Part shown: positions 45,740 to 57,436 of the stretch, piece after piece
Layout: each line of letters begins with the position of its first letter
Numbering within the stretch: the stretch's first letter is position 1
Assembly: GCA_036399335.1 (NCBI GenBank)
Contig: DASWNF010000014.1
Span: 108,033 to 172,032, forward strand
Direction: 5' to 3'
From: Minisyncoccota bacterium
GTDB lineage: Bacteria; Patescibacteriota; Minisyncoccia; Phycocordibacterales; Phycocordibacteraceae
DNA length: 64,000 bases
Made by a program: the position numbers and the translations under genes
The notes under the pieces: generated by a model
What the model saw: the letters and a program-made list of their open reading frames with translations, nothing else
Database searches by the model: none
What the model was told of the DNA's origin: nothing

Positions 45740-46873
45740 ATGTCTATCACCAAGAACGGCTTCATATTGGCCGCTGTAAGCGCGCTTTTCCTCGCTTCGG
45801 CGGTTATTGCCCCTATAAGTGCCCAGGCGCAGACTTCCTGCTCCTTTTACCGTAACCTCGCCGTAGGTTCTTCGGGCGGCGATGTTTACTGCCTCCAGAA
45901 CTGGCTCGCTGCACAGGGCTACTTTGCTGCGGGTTCGACCGGCTACTACGGTCCAATCACCCAGCAGGCCGTAATCCGCTGGCAGCTTGCCTCTGGACAG
46001 CCGGCTACCGGCGTCTTCACTCCGGGTAGCTTTGGCCGCGAACTCGCGCCGCTCGGCGTGTCCTATACGAATAACTCAGCCGGTGCCGCTGATGCTATTC
46101 GGGACGCGGAAGAGGCTATCGATGATGCTGAAGACGAAATTGACGACGCGAGCGGAAGTCGTGCAGACGAAGCCGAAGACCTCCTCGACGACGCAGAAGA
46201 CGAGCTCGATGATGCTCGCCGCGCCTATGCGTCTGCTGACTACAGCCGCGCTATCGACCACGCCGAAGAGGCGGAAGACCTGGCCAACGAAGCCATTGAC
46301 GAGGTCGACGGTGACCGCAACGACCGTGATAACGACCGTGACGACGAAGACCGTGACGACGCGGCTGATGCCATTGATGACGCCCGCAACTCACTCGATG
46401 ATGCGTGGGACGAGGTAGATGAAGCATGGGAAGACGGTTGGGACACCGACGAGGCCGAAGATACCCTTCATGACGCCGATGACGTCCTGATGGACGCTGA
46501 GGACGCGTACGACGACCGTGACTACGACGAGGCACTCGACCTTGCCGACGTAGTCGAAGACCTCATCAGCGAGGCTCTCGATGAGATAGACGAGGACCGT
46601 GATGATGATTGGGATAACGACTACTACGGGAACGCTACTGACGCTCGGGATGCCCTCGAAGACGCTGAGGATAACCTCAACGATGCGTGGGATGACCTTG
46701 ATGACGCTTGGTATGACGGTTGGGACACCGACGAGGCCGAAGACATCCTCCACGACGCCGATGACGCCCTTATGGATGGCTGGGATGCCTACCGTGACGG
46801 TGATTACAGCGAGGCACTCGACCTTGCCGATGAAGTCGAAGACCTCATTGACGAGGCAATGGACGAAATCTAA
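45740..46873 (+). CDS. secreted protein with peptidoglycan-binding (PG_binding_1-like) domain and a long acidic D/E repeat region
   Basis: Signal/TM MSITKNGFILAAVSALFLASAVIA; DVYCLQNWLAAQGYFAAGSTGYYGPITQQAVIRWQ PG-binding motif; ~55-aa repeats DAEDxLDDAxDAYDDGDYDEALDLADEVEDLIDEALDEID; terminator at 46896-46925. Confidence 0.7.
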   Translation: MSITKNGFILAAVSALFLASAVIAPISAQAQTSCSFYRNLAVGSSGGDVYCLQNWLAAQGYFAAGSTGYYGPITQQAVIRWQLASGQPATGVFTPGSFGRELAPLGVSYTNNSAGAADAIRDAEEAIDDAEDEIDDASGSRADEAEDLLDDAEDELDDARRAYASADYSRAIDHAEEAEDLANEAIDEVDGDRNDRDNDRDDEDRDDAADAIDDARNSLDDAWDEVDEAWEDGWDTDEAEDTLHDADDVLMDAEDAYDDRDYDEALDLADVVEDLISEALDEIDEDRDDDWDNDYYGNATDARDALEDAEDNLNDAWDDLDDAWYDGWDTDEAEDILHDADDALMDGWDAYRDGDYSEALDLADEVEDLIDEAMDEI

Positions 46874-47010
46874 GCTCTACTGAGCTCGTTAAGCAAAAGA
46901 GCGCCCGTAATGGGCGCTCTTTTGCTTTTACACGCCTAAAGAGAGGAAACGCACATGGTATCCTTGGGTATCGTTGTTAAGCGACGTTACCAGTATTAAC
47001 AAAGATCTTT

Positions 47011-48180
<1,170 letters not shown>

Positions 48181-48267
48181 CCGTCCCTTCGGAACGACAA
48201 AAGCCCGGCTCTAGAGCCGGGCTTTTGTCGTTCACGCAAACTTTCCCGAAAGGAGTACCATGGGGCC

Positions 48268-49458
48268 ATGGAACCGCTTGCATCACGCATACGTCCAACG
48301 TCGTTAACTGAAGTCGTTGGCCAGGAGCATTTGGTAGGGGAGGGTAAGCCGCTTCGGGTGGCCGTTGAGAAGGCGCATCTCTTCTCCTTCGTCCTCTGGG
48401 GCCCGCCAGGCACGGGGAAGACCACTATTGCCCGTATCTACGCAAATGCCCTCGACGCCGAGCTCCATGAGCTTTCAGCCGTCTCTGCGGGGAAGGAAGA
48501 CATACGCAAGATCCTGGGAAAGCCCGAGACCCGCGGCGCGCTCGGTACGGGGCAACCGCTTCTCGTGCCTGACCGGCCGAAGGTGCTTTTCCTCGATGAG
48601 ATACATCGGTTCAATAAGAGCCAACAGGACTTCCTCTTACCCTATGTCGAAAGCGGCCAATTGACGCTCATCGGCGCGACGACGGAGAACCCCTCGTTCG
48701 AAGTCATCCCGGCGCTCCTCTCGAGATGTCGCGTCTTCGTACTTGAACCGTTATCCGAAGAGTCGCTTCGCGCAATCGTAAAGCGCTCGAAGCTGAAGCT
48801 CGGCAAGGACGCTTTCGAATGGCTCATGGCGTACGCAAACGGGGATGCCCGTCGCGCGCTCACGCTTCTCGACAATACGCAGAGCCTCTACGGGAAAATC
48901 ACTACCGAGACGCTCAATAAGGCGCTTGAGTCGCCGCATCTCCGGTATGACAAGAAGGGCGATGAGCATTACGACACCATCAGCGCTTTCATTAAGAGCA
49001 TGCGGGCGTCACAGCCGGATGCGGCAGTCTATTATCTTGCACGTATGGTCGAGGCCGGGGAGGACCCGCTTTTCATCGCACGCCGGATGGTCATATTCGC
49101 CTCCGAAGATATCGGGCTTGCGCAGCCCACGGCGCTCGTTGTTGCAAACAGCGTGTTCCGGGCCTGCGAAACCATCGGGTATCCGGAATGCGCGATAAAT
49201 CTCGCGCACGGGGTTGCGTACTTGGCGAATTGCCCGAAGACAAAGTCGGCGTACGAAGCATTACGGGAGGCCCAAGCCGATATACGGAAATACGGGAACC
49301 TGCCGATACCGAAGAAGATACGCAATGCGCCGACGAAGCTCATGCAAGACCTCGACTACGGCAAGGGGTATGAACGCTACGACGACGAGAGCTATTTACC
49401 CGATAAGCTCAAGAAGAAAGCCTACTTCCCTAAGAAGAAGAAACAAGAAGGCGAATGA
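48268..49458 (+). CDS. rarA: replication-associated recombination protein A (RarA/MgsA AAA+ ATPase)
   Basis: Walker A GPPGTGKTT; LFLDEIHRFNKSQQD; MgsA C-terminal domain. Confidence 0.9.
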   Translation: MEPLASRIRPTSLTEVVGQEHLVGEGKPLRVAVEKAHLFSFVLWGPPGTGKTTIARIYANALDAELHELSAVSAGKEDIRKILGKPETRGALGTGQPLLVPDRPKVLFLDEIHRFNKSQQDFLLPYVESGQLTLIGATTENPSFEVIPALLSRCRVFVLEPLSEESLRAIVKRSKLKLGKDAFEWLMAYANGDARRALTLLDNTQSLYGKITTETLNKALESPHLRYDKKGDEHYDTISAFIKSMRASQPDAAVYYLARMVEAGEDPLFIARRMVIFASEDIGLAQPTALVVANSVFRACETIGYPECAINLAHGVAYLANCPKTKSAYEALREAQADIRKYGNLPIPKKIRNAPTKLMQDLDYGKGYERYDDESYLPDKLKKKAYFPKKKKQEGE

Positions 49459-49511
49459 TAGGTAAAAAGCGCCGGCCTTGTGGCCGGCGCTTTTTACCTA
49501 CATGGGTCGAA

Positions 49512-49784
49512 CTACTTAACCGCGTCCTTGAGGGCCTTTGCGGGGCGGAACTTAGGAGTGCGGGTTGCAGCGATCTTGATGGTCTCGCCGGTGCGCGGGT
49601 TGCGTCCGGTGCGAGCTGGGCGTGCCTTTGCGACAAAGATGCCGAGTCCTGCGATAGAAACCTCGTCACCGCTGCGGAGACCGCCAGTAATGCTCTCGAT
49701 GACGCACTCGACTGCACGATCTGCATCAGCGCGCGTGCCGCCGAGTACTTCCTGCACCTTCGATACGATATCTGCTTTGTTCAT
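49512..49784 (-). CDS. hup: HU-family DNA-binding protein
   Basis: 90 aa MNKADIV...GFGKF-like arm RNPRTGETIKI. Confidence 0.9.
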   Translation of the reverse strand: MNKADIVSKVQEVLGGTRADADRAVECVIESITGGLRSGDEVSIAGLGIFVAKARPARTGRNPRTGETIKIAATRTPKFRPAKALKDAVK

Positions 49785-50146
49785 AGTGTTAAACCTTGCT
49801 TGGTATTAGGGCTAAGTCCACCTTCCGGGGGCTATGCTAAAAAGTATAGGAAATGCGCCATATTGTGCAATAGCAGCAAAATGAGAGCGGGGATAGCCGA
49901 TTTTGTTGACGGATGGGCTTATTCCGGTCATGATTGCGGAGGTTGGCAAGCATCCCAGCCCTTATTGGAGCATAGATATGCCGAGAATTTTTGCCGGACT
50001 GATTGCGGTACTGCTTGTGAGCGTGGTGCTCATCGCACTCGCGACGGAAGGGAACCTCTCGAACCTTTCGAACATCTTCTAGAGGCCGCACGCGCAATCA
50101 GGAAGGGGCGCCCCTCACCGGGCGCCCCTTTTTCTCATCCCTTTTA

Positions 50147-51676
50147 TTACCGCGCGAACTCAACGACGCGATTCTCCCTAATGACGTTCACCTTTATCTC
50201 TCCCGGGTACTTAAGCTCCTCCTGGATGCGGTTTGCGATATCTGCCGCAAGCCGGTGGGTCGCAATATCGGATACCTTGCCGGGGTTAACGAAGATGCGT
50301 ATCTCGCGGCCTGCCTGTATGGCATAGGCCTTCTCTACTCCGTGGAAGCCTGAAGCAAGGCGCTCAAGGTCGTTCAGGCGCTCAAGGTAGCGTTCTACGG
50401 TATCGCGGCGCGCGCCTGGGCGGCCAGCGGAGACGGCGTCTGCAACCTGCACGATCATGGACTCGGGCGTTTCGTAGGGGAATTCCTCATGGTGCGATTG
50501 CATCGCTTGGATTACCGGCTTTCCTACGCCGAATTTCTCAAGGATGCGGCGGCCTATCTCGACATGGGTACCTTGGACTTCATGGTCGACTGCCTTGCCG
50601 ATATCGTGAAGAAGGGCACCGGCGCGCGCAATGTCAGGATTAGCGCCCAGCTCTTCGGCGAGCATGCCGGCTATGTGCGCCATTTCGACTGAATGCTGGA
50701 GGACGTTCTGGCCATAGCTGCTGCGGAAGTGGAGGCGGCCGAGAAGCGAAATGAGCTTCGGGTCGAGCCCGACAACGCCGGCCTCGTACGCGGCTTCTTC
50801 ACCCTTCTGCTTCACTATGTCGCTTACTTCGCGGCGCACCTTCTCCAGGGTCTCCTCGATCTTCGCGGGCTGGATGCGGCCGTCTTCAAACAAGCGCTCG
50901 AGGGTGACTTTCGCGATGTAGCGGCGAAGCGGGTCGAAGGAAGAAAGGGTAATGCGTTCAGGAGCATCGTCGATGATGATGTCGACGCCGGTTGCCCGCT
51001 CGAAGGCTTTGATGTTGCGGCCTTCCTTACCGATGACCTTACCCTTCATTTCTTCAGATGGGATGGAGACGGACGTACTCATGACCTCGGCATTTACGCT
51101 CGAACCAAGGCGATGGATCGCCGTAATGAGGAGTTCGCGCGCCTTGCCCTCAAGCTTCCTTCGCGAGGTCGTCTCGAGCTTCTGCAGGCGGGCAAGAAGC
51201 GCTTCCTTATGGATCTCTTCGAGGTCGCCCATGAGCTTCTTGAGCGCCTCTTCTTCGGTGAGGTGGGCGAGCCGGACCAGGTCGTCACGGCGTTCGCGGA
51301 TAAGCGCCTCGGCTTCAGCGCGTGCCTTGCGCAGTTCACTCTCTCGCTTTTCAAGCGAGTCCGCGCGCTCGACCAGCGACTGCTCACGGTCATCGAGGAA
51401 TTCCTCGCGCTTTCCGAGGCGCGCGGCAAACTTTTCCACCCGTTCCTCGCGCTCGCGCAAGGGGCCTTGCCCGGCCTTCTCGATGTCCTCAGCGCGCGCC
51501 TCGGCCTCTTCTATGATGCCGGCTGCCTTCTCGCGGGCCTCAAGGAGCCGCTGTTTAACTTGGATATCGAGCGAGCCGCGCTGTCCGAGCGCGATGAGGA
51601 CACGCAGAATATACCCGAGCGCGATGCCGGCAAGGCCCGAAAGGGCCAATAATATGAGTACCAGTTTTATGGACAT
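50147..51676 (-). CDS. rny: ribonuclease Y
   Basis: N-terminal TM, coiled coil, KH domain and HD domain (LLHDIGKAVDHE); start set at the internal Met MSIKLV. Confidence 0.9.
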   Translation of the reverse strand: MSIKLVLILLALSGLAGIALGYILRVLIALGQRGSLDIQVKQRLLEAREKAAGIIEEAEARAEDIEKAGQGPLREREERVEKFAARLGKREEFLDDREQSLVERADSLEKRESELRKARAEAEALIRERRDDLVRLAHLTEEEALKKLMGDLEEIHKEALLARLQKLETTSRRKLEGKARELLITAIHRLGSSVNAEVMSTSVSIPSEEMKGKVIGKEGRNIKAFERATGVDIIIDDAPERITLSSFDPLRRYIAKVTLERLFEDGRIQPAKIEETLEKVRREVSDIVKQKGEEAAYEAGVVGLDPKLISLLGRLHFRSSYGQNVLQHSVEMAHIAGMLAEELGANPDIARAGALLHDIGKAVDHEVQGTHVEIGRRILEKFGVGKPVIQAMQSHHEEFPYETPESMIVQVADAVSAGRPGARRDTVERYLERLNDLERLASGFHGVEKAYAIQAGREIRIFVNPGKVSDIATHRLAADIANRIQEELKYPGEIKVNVIRENRVVEFAR

Positions 51677-51849
51677 GAGTTTTCGATGCCTGGCGAACGC
51701 GTATCCCGAGTCATGCAACCGCAATGGAGTCCTGGGGAGGGGTGCTTCGCTAGGTGTTGTTTTCTGTAACCTCACCACCTTGCCACAACGGGCGTGGTTT
51801 GTAAAAAGAACGGCCGCGCACGAGGCGCGGCCGTTCTTTTTACGCGCAA

Positions 51850-52461
51850 TTAACGCTTATATACCTGGTCGACGATGCCGTACTTCTTTGCGTCTTCGGC
51901 CATCATGAAGTAGTCGCGGTCTACGTCCTTTTCAATCCTTTCAAGCGGCTGCCCGGTCGTCTTCGCGAGGATCTTATTCAGGCGGTCGCGGGTGGCAAGG
52001 ATGTGCCGCGCTGTAATCTCGATGTCGGTTGCCTGGCCCTGGGCACCGCCCCATGGCTGGTGGATCATCACTTCGGCATTCGGGAGCGCGTAGCGCTTAC
52101 CCTTTTCTCCCGCCGCAAGGATAACGGCTGCGGCGCTGGCTGCCATGCCGACGCAGACGGTCGATACGGCCGGCTTTACGTGGTTCATCGTGTCGAGGAT
52201 GGCGAGGCCCGCCGTGACTGAGCCGCCGGGCGAATTGATGTAGAGCGAAATATCCTTCTTCGGGTCCTCGGACTCGAGGAAGAGGAGCTGGGCGATGATG
52301 AGGTTCGCTACGTCGTCATCGATACCGCCGCCGAGGAAGACGATGCGGTCCTTCAGGAGGCGGGAATAGATGTCATAGCCGCGTTCGCCGAACTGCGACT
52401 TTTCAATAACCATCGGTACGAGCATGGCGGAACGGGTGTGGGTTTGTTTTTCCATAGGCAA
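51850..52461 (-). CDS. clpP: ATP-dependent Clp protease proteolytic subunit
   Basis: Ser-His-Asp triad context GGSVTAG...MIHQP; 203 aa. Confidence 0.9.
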   Translation of the reverse strand: MPMEKQTHTRSAMLVPMVIEKSQFGERGYDIYSRLLKDRIVFLGGGIDDDVANLIIAQLLFLESEDPKKDISLYINSPGGSVTAGLAILDTMNHVKPAVSTVCVGMAASAAAVILAAGEKGKRYALPNAEVMIHQPWGGAQGQATDIEITARHILATRDRLNKILAKTTGQPLERIEKDVDRDYFMMAEDAKKYGIVDQVYKR

Positions 52462-52508
52462 AAGCTTAGTTACGGAATGGTAACAGAATTTGGAAGGCGA
52501 GGCTAACG

Positions 52509-52691
52509 TTAATAGGTTCCGGGAAGCGTAACCTCAGCCGGCTGGAGTGCGATACGGTCCGTGAGTGCATAATAGGCGCCGGCTACGACGATGGCGAGGA
52601 TGAGGAAGATAGAGATAAGAGCGCCCCAGGAACCTTTAGAAGGCCTGTTCGTGCGGGGAAGGGCTGGGGTAGTGGTGAATTCCATACTCAT
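52509..52691 (-). CDS. small single-TM hypothetical protein (60 aa)
   Basis: Hydrophobic helix [20 protein letters not shown]; no SD. Confidence 0.3.
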   Translation of the reverse strand: MSMEFTTTPALPRTNRPSKGSWGALISIFLILAIVVAGAYYALTDRIALQPAEVTLPGTY

Positions 52692-52823
52692 TTAATTAGT
52701 ACAGATGCCGTGTGGATCCGGTGAATCTTACGAACTTTGAAACGCAGACTGTTCGTTAGGTACATTCCCTGCGACAAAGCAAAACGCCCCGCAATGCGGG
52801 GCGTTTTGCCTGAGCGTTGTTGC

Positions 52824-53345
52824 CTATGCCTTCTTCTCCGCGTACATCTGGCATGCACGGTCGAAGGCTGCCTGTGCTGCGTCCTTTCCTTCGAACTCAC
52901 CGAGCGACACCTTCTTCTCCTGGAGTTGCTTGTAGGTGAGGAAGAAGTGGGAAATCTCCTTCAGGGTGTGCGGGTTCACGTCCTTGAGGTCCTGTATTTC
53001 CGCAAAGCGCGGGTCGGTCGCCGGTACGGCGAGCACCTTTTCGTCCTTCTCGCCGCCGTCGACCATGGGCAGGATGCCGATGGGCCGGGCATGCACGAGG
53101 ATGCCGGGCATGAGGGGCTGGGTCGTGAGGAGTACGACATCGAGCGCATCACCGTCGTCCCACAGGGTCTGCGGCACGAAGCCGTAGTCGAAGGGGTACT
53201 GCTGTGCCGTGTGGAGTACGCGATCCAGCGCGATGAGGCCGGTCTCCTTGTCGATCTCGTACTTATTTTGCGAACCGCGCGGAATCTCGATGATGACGTT
53301 CATCACGTCCTTCGTTCCCGGGGTGATGTCGTGAAGCAGGTTCAT
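52824..53345 (-). CDS. ppa: inorganic pyrophosphatase
   Basis: Family I PPase motifs DGDALDVVLL; 173 aa. Confidence 0.9.
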   Translation of the reverse strand: MNLLHDITPGTKDVMNVIIEIPRGSQNKYEIDKETGLIALDRVLHTAQQYPFDYGFVPQTLWDDGDALDVVLLTTQPLMPGILVHARPIGILPMVDGGEKDEKVLAVPATDPRFAEIQDLKDVNPHTLKEISHFFLTYKQLQEKKVSLGEFEGKDAAQAAFDRACQMYAEKKA

Positions 53346-53359
53346 ATATAGAGTATAGG

Positions 53360-54811
53360 CTATGCCTGGTGCTCGGCCTGTTCCTCCGTGGTGACATCGC
53401 GGTCTTCGAGGTTGGTCGAGTCGCCGCTGTCGGAGAGCTTCATCTCGTCCTCGACGGTAAGCGCACCGGAGTCGTTGGTTGCGTCGTCCTCAGTCGTGAC
53501 GACCGAGGCGCTTTCGTTTGGTGCGATGCCTGCCTCGATAGATGGGCTCCGTTCTACCGCAGCTTCTGCGGCCTCAAGCTCGCCTTCAACGGCGATGCTC
53601 GTGTCGGGGGCGTTCTTCTTCTCGGCGTAGAGTTCGCTTGAATCGGCACCGCCCACGGCGTCTCCGCCGACCGAAGCGATGTCGATGTTCCAGCCGGTCA
53701 GCTTTGCGGCGAGGCGTACGTTCTGTCCGCCGCGGCCGATAGCGAGCGACTGCTGGTCTTCTGAAACGGTAACAGTGGCACGGTGGCCGGCTTCGTCGAG
53801 CTCAACTTCGAGCACGGTCGCAGGCGAGAGGGCTTCCTTAATGAAGTCACTCTGGTTCTCCGACCATTCGATGATGTCGATGCGTTCGCCGCCGAGCTCG
53901 CCCATGACGGTCGAGACGCGGACGCCGCGCTGGCCGACGAGCGAACCGACCGGGTCGACATGCGGGTCAAGCGAACCGACGGCAATCTTCGTACGGCTGC
54001 CGGCTTCGCGTGCAAGCCCCTTCACTTCAAGGCTGCCCGCAGCGAGCTCCGGTACCTCGGCTTCAAAAAGCTTCACGAGGAACTTCGGATGCGAACGGGA
54101 CAGGCGCAGGTATACGCCGCGAAATCCTTCGTCCACGTTGTAAAGGAAGGCGCGGATGCGCTCTCCGGGACGGAAACGTTCGCCGGGAATCTGCTCCTCG
54201 TACGGGATGATACCGGTTGCGCGGCCGAGGTCGACGAAGATGGCGCCGCGCTCTACGCGCTGCACGATGCCCGATACGATCTCGCCCTTCTTGTGGCCGA
54301 ATTCCTCCAAGATAGAAAGTTTCTCGGCTTCGCGGATCTTCTGGATGACGACCTGCTTCGCCGTCTGTGCGGCGATGCGGCCGAAGTCGTCCTGAGGTTC
54401 GAGCGGGAAGACTATTTCGCCGCCCAGCTCGGCGTCGCGCTTAATGCGCTTCGCGTCCTCAAGGAGGATGTGCTTTTCGGCGTCAAAGCGTGGCAGCTCG
54501 CCCTCGGGAACCTCTTCGTGCTCATGATGAAAACGATCCTGGTGTTCGTGGACTACCTCGGCAGCTTCAGCTTCCTCCTCGGGGGAGGGGAAGCGGACCA
54601 TGCTTTCGTCGACGATGGACTTCACTTGCTCAAAGCCGACGCTACCCGAGTTCATGTCGAGCATGGCGCGCACGATCTGGCCGCGCTTGCCGTACTCCTT
54701 CTTGTACGCCGTTGCCATCGCGGATTCGATGGCCTCGAGCATGGTTTCGCGGGAAATTCCGCGATCCTCGAACTCTCCAAGCACGGAATGTATTGTTTTT
54801 AGGTCCAACAT
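53360..54811 (-). CDS. nusA: transcription termination/antitermination factor NusA with a long acidic C-terminal extension
   Basis: N-terminal domain, S1 and two KH domains, then a ~90-aa D/E-rich tail. Confidence 0.9.
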   Translation of the reverse strand: MLDLKTIHSVLGEFEDRGISRETMLEAIESAMATAYKKEYGKRGQIVRAMLDMNSGSVGFEQVKSIVDESMVRFPSPEEEAEAAEVVHEHQDRFHHEHEEVPEGELPRFDAEKHILLEDAKRIKRDAELGGEIVFPLEPQDDFGRIAAQTAKQVVIQKIREAEKLSILEEFGHKKGEIVSGIVQRVERGAIFVDLGRATGIIPYEEQIPGERFRPGERIRAFLYNVDEGFRGVYLRLSRSHPKFLVKLFEAEVPELAAGSLEVKGLAREAGSRTKIAVGSLDPHVDPVGSLVGQRGVRVSTVMGELGGERIDIIEWSENQSDFIKEALSPATVLEVELDEAGHRATVTVSEDQQSLAIGRGGQNVRLAAKLTGWNIDIASVGGDAVGGADSSELYAEKKNAPDTSIAVEGELEAAEAAVERSPSIEAGIAPNESASVVTTEDDATNDSGALTVEDEMKLSDSGDSTNLEDRDVTTEEQAEHQA

Positions 54812-54954
54812 AGCCTTCCTTTATTTAGTTGTGCGCACGTATGTAATTGTCGCCTCGTTAATAAGAAATGCCCGCGGGGGCGGACATTTCAGGTAATAAA
54901 AACGTACCATATATATAGGTGGGGGGTCAATGAAGCCCGCACGGATTGAGTCGG

Positions 54955-54974
54955 CTCTGGGGCGATGTTGGAAC
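54955..54974 (+). repeat. interspersed repeat copy I: CTCTGGGGCGATGTTGGAAC
   Basis: Right-half consensus copy downstream of the low-GC gene. Confidence 0.55.
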
Positions 54975-54986
54975 TTTGTACCCGTC

Positions 54987-55532
54987 TTAAGTTTCCGAAT
55001 AAACACTACCTGTTTGAGTAGTTGATCCCGTGCGTACATCAAGCTCCCACTCCCCGTATGTGCTCCCGCCCCCATCTCCACTGTACGTGGTAAAGAATAC
55101 TGTGTATTCATCTATAAAACGAAGACTGTCCGGATTTATGCCGGGGCCTCCTGTGTAAGAACCAATGTACTCAATAGCAGGCGTATCAGCCCATACCGAT
55201 TCGAGAAAGAAATAGCAGGTAGGCGCTCCATAAGGACCGCATGTTGAATTCCTAAAACCGTCAGTCTCTCGCTCGACTACGACATAAAGCGCATCGTATT
55301 TTTTTGAACTTGTTGAAAGTTGTGAAATGAATTTGTTCCTTACGATGCTTACTATCTTGAACCTGGAGCTCTCATACAACTCACGAGTCGATAGACCTTC
55401 TTTAGTTTCTGTCAGAGTTGATGAGGGTGTTGTTTTAAAATCACTAGTCTTTGAGTAAGAGACATAAGATAGTATTCCTAACAAAGCAACTAGGAGAAGC
55501 GGCACAACAATTCGACCGGCTTTTATATTCAT
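54987..55532 (-). CDS. secreted hypothetical protein (181 aa), low-GC single-gene insertion
   Basis: Signal peptide MNIKAGRIVVPLLLVALLGILSYVSYS; AT-rich codon usage unlike the flanking core genes; TATTAT -10 box 9 nt upstream; flanked by repeat copies I and J. Confidence 0.6.
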   Translation of the reverse strand: MNIKAGRIVVPLLLVALLGILSYVSYSKTSDFKTTPSSTLTETKEGLSTRELYESSRFKIVSIVRNKFISQLSTSSKKYDALYVVVERETDGFRNSTCGPYGAPTCYFFLESVWADTPAIEYIGSYTGGPGINPDSLRFIDEYTVFFTTYSGDGGGSTYGEWELDVRTGSTTQTGSVYSET

Positions 55533-55553
55533 ATAGAACGATAATAGCAGTGA

Positions 55554-55578
55554 TTGCTGGCAGATTAGGTTTCGAACC
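55554..55578 (+). repeat. variant repeat copy J: TTGCTGGCAGATTAGGTTTCGAACC
   Basis: J/K subfamily; upstream of the low-GC gene. Confidence 0.55.
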
Positions 55579-55634
55579 TATTCCCACATGAAAGGCATTA
55601 AGCCCACCCTTATGCACGCTATACTGCATACAGC

Positions 55635-57386
55635 ATGCAGGTTGCAGAAAGCGAACTGAAAACATTCATCCTCGATTCGGGGCTCGTGTCGCGTGCCGAA
55701 GTCGACGACGCGGAGAAGGAAGCAAAAGAACGGAAGCAGTCCATCGGCGACATCCTCGTGTCAAAGGGCACCTTATCCGAGGACGCGCTCCGCCGTATCA
55801 AGGCATACGTGCTCGGCATTCCTTTTGTGAACCTGAAGGAGCTCAAGGTGCCGCTCGACGTCCTCTCGCTCATCCCGGAGCCGATCGCGCGCACGCACAA
55901 CATCATCGCGTATAAGAAGACGGATAAAGGGCTCGAGGTAGCCATGCTCGACACCGAAGACTTGCCGGCTATCGACTCGGTCAGGAAGAAGACACGCCTT
56001 AACATCCTCCCGCGCCTTACGGACGACGAGTCAATCAAGCATGCGCTCCTGCAGTACCAGAAGTCCCTCAAGGAAGAGTTCGGCGACCTCATCACGACCG
56101 AGGCCAGCCGGCTTACGCTCGTCTCTGAAGACCCGTCGGGCGAGACCTCGGGCGAGGATTTGAAGCGCATGGCCGAAGACCTGCCTATCGTCCGCATTGT
56201 CGACACGCTCCTGCGCCACGCCATCATGGAAGACGCCTCTGACATCCATATCGAGCCTATGGAGAAGGAGGTCATGGTCCGGTACCGCATCGACGGCATC
56301 CTGCACGACGCGATGACGCTCCCGAAGCAGGCATCCGCCGGGCTTACGGCCCGCATCAAGGTGCTTTCATCCTTGAAGCTTGATGAAAAGCGCCTTCCGC
56401 AGGACGGACGCTTCAAGATGGAGACGGAGCGCGACAAGGTCTCCTTCCGCGTGTCGCTCCTCCCGACTTACTACGGCGAGAAGATCGTCATGCGCCTCCT
56501 TCGCGAGAGCGGGGAAGGGTTCACGCTCGATGCCCTCGGCTTCCATGGTGCTCCCCTCGAACGCATCCACCAGGCGGTGAAGCAGACGACCGGCATCATC
56601 CTTATTTCCGGACCGACGGGCTCGGGCAAGACGACTACCCTCTATACTGTCCTCGACATCCTCAATACGCCCCAGGTAAACATCTCCACGGTCGAAGACC
56701 CGATCGAGTACCAGATGAAGCGCGTGAACCAGACGCAGGTGAACCCGGCAATCGGCTTTACGTTCGCGAACGGCCTCCGCGCGCTCCTGCGCCAGGACCC
56801 GAACATCATCATGGTCGGCGAAATCCGTGACAGCGAGACGGCATCGCTTGCCATCAACGCCGCGCTCACCGGCCACCTCGTCCTTTCGACCATCCACACG
56901 AATAGCGCATCCGGCGCCATCCCGCGCCTCATGGATATGGGTGTCGAACCGTTCCTCCTCGTGTCGACCCTACGTCTCGTTGTCGGGCAGCGCCTCGTAC
57001 GCCGCCTCTGCGACAGCAAGCAGCCGTATACGCTCGATGATGTCGCGCGCGCAAAGGTCGCGACCGAGGACCGCTTTGGTGCGGCGCTCGAAGCCCTGAC
57101 CTCCGAGAAGCTCGTGAAGCCAGGAACGGCGATAGGGGAGGTGCCGTTTTATAAGCCGGTGCCGTCTCCCGAATGCGACGATGGGTACCAAAGCCGTATC
57201 GGCATCCACGAAGTCCTCTCCATTTCACCTGCCATACGCGAACTCATCCTCCATAACGGCACGCCGGACGCCATCGAGGCCCAGGCGCAGAAGGAAGGCA
57301 TGCTCACCATGCTTGAGGACGGCGTGTACAAGAGCGCCCGGGGCATCACTTCGCTCGAGGAAGTGCTTCGCGCTATCTCGGAATAG
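55635..57386 (+). CDS. pilB: type IV pilus assembly ATPase PilB (GspE family)
   Basis: Walker A GPTGSGKTTT, Asp box, His box, tetracysteine-region remnant; 583 aa. Confidence 0.9.
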   Translation: MQVAESELKTFILDSGLVSRAEVDDAEKEAKERKQSIGDILVSKGTLSEDALRRIKAYVLGIPFVNLKELKVPLDVLSLIPEPIARTHNIIAYKKTDKGLEVAMLDTEDLPAIDSVRKKTRLNILPRLTDDESIKHALLQYQKSLKEEFGDLITTEASRLTLVSEDPSGETSGEDLKRMAEDLPIVRIVDTLLRHAIMEDASDIHIEPMEKEVMVRYRIDGILHDAMTLPKQASAGLTARIKVLSSLKLDEKRLPQDGRFKMETERDKVSFRVSLLPTYYGEKIVMRLLRESGEGFTLDALGFHGAPLERIHQAVKQTTGIILISGPTGSGKTTTLYTVLDILNTPQVNISTVEDPIEYQMKRVNQTQVNPAIGFTFANGLRALLRQDPNIIMVGEIRDSETASLAINAALTGHLVLSTIHTNSASGAIPRLMDMGVEPFLLVSTLRLVVGQRLVRRLCDSKQPYTLDDVARAKVATEDRFGAALEALTSEKLVKPGTAIGEVPFYKPVPSPECDDGYQSRIGIHEVLSISPAIRELILHNGTPDAIEAQAQKEGMLTMLEDGVYKSARGITSLEEVLRAISE

Positions 57387-57436
57387 GGCGCCGTCGGTCG
57401 CCTGGCCAGTACTTCCTGCGTGCTACACTTTTTCTA

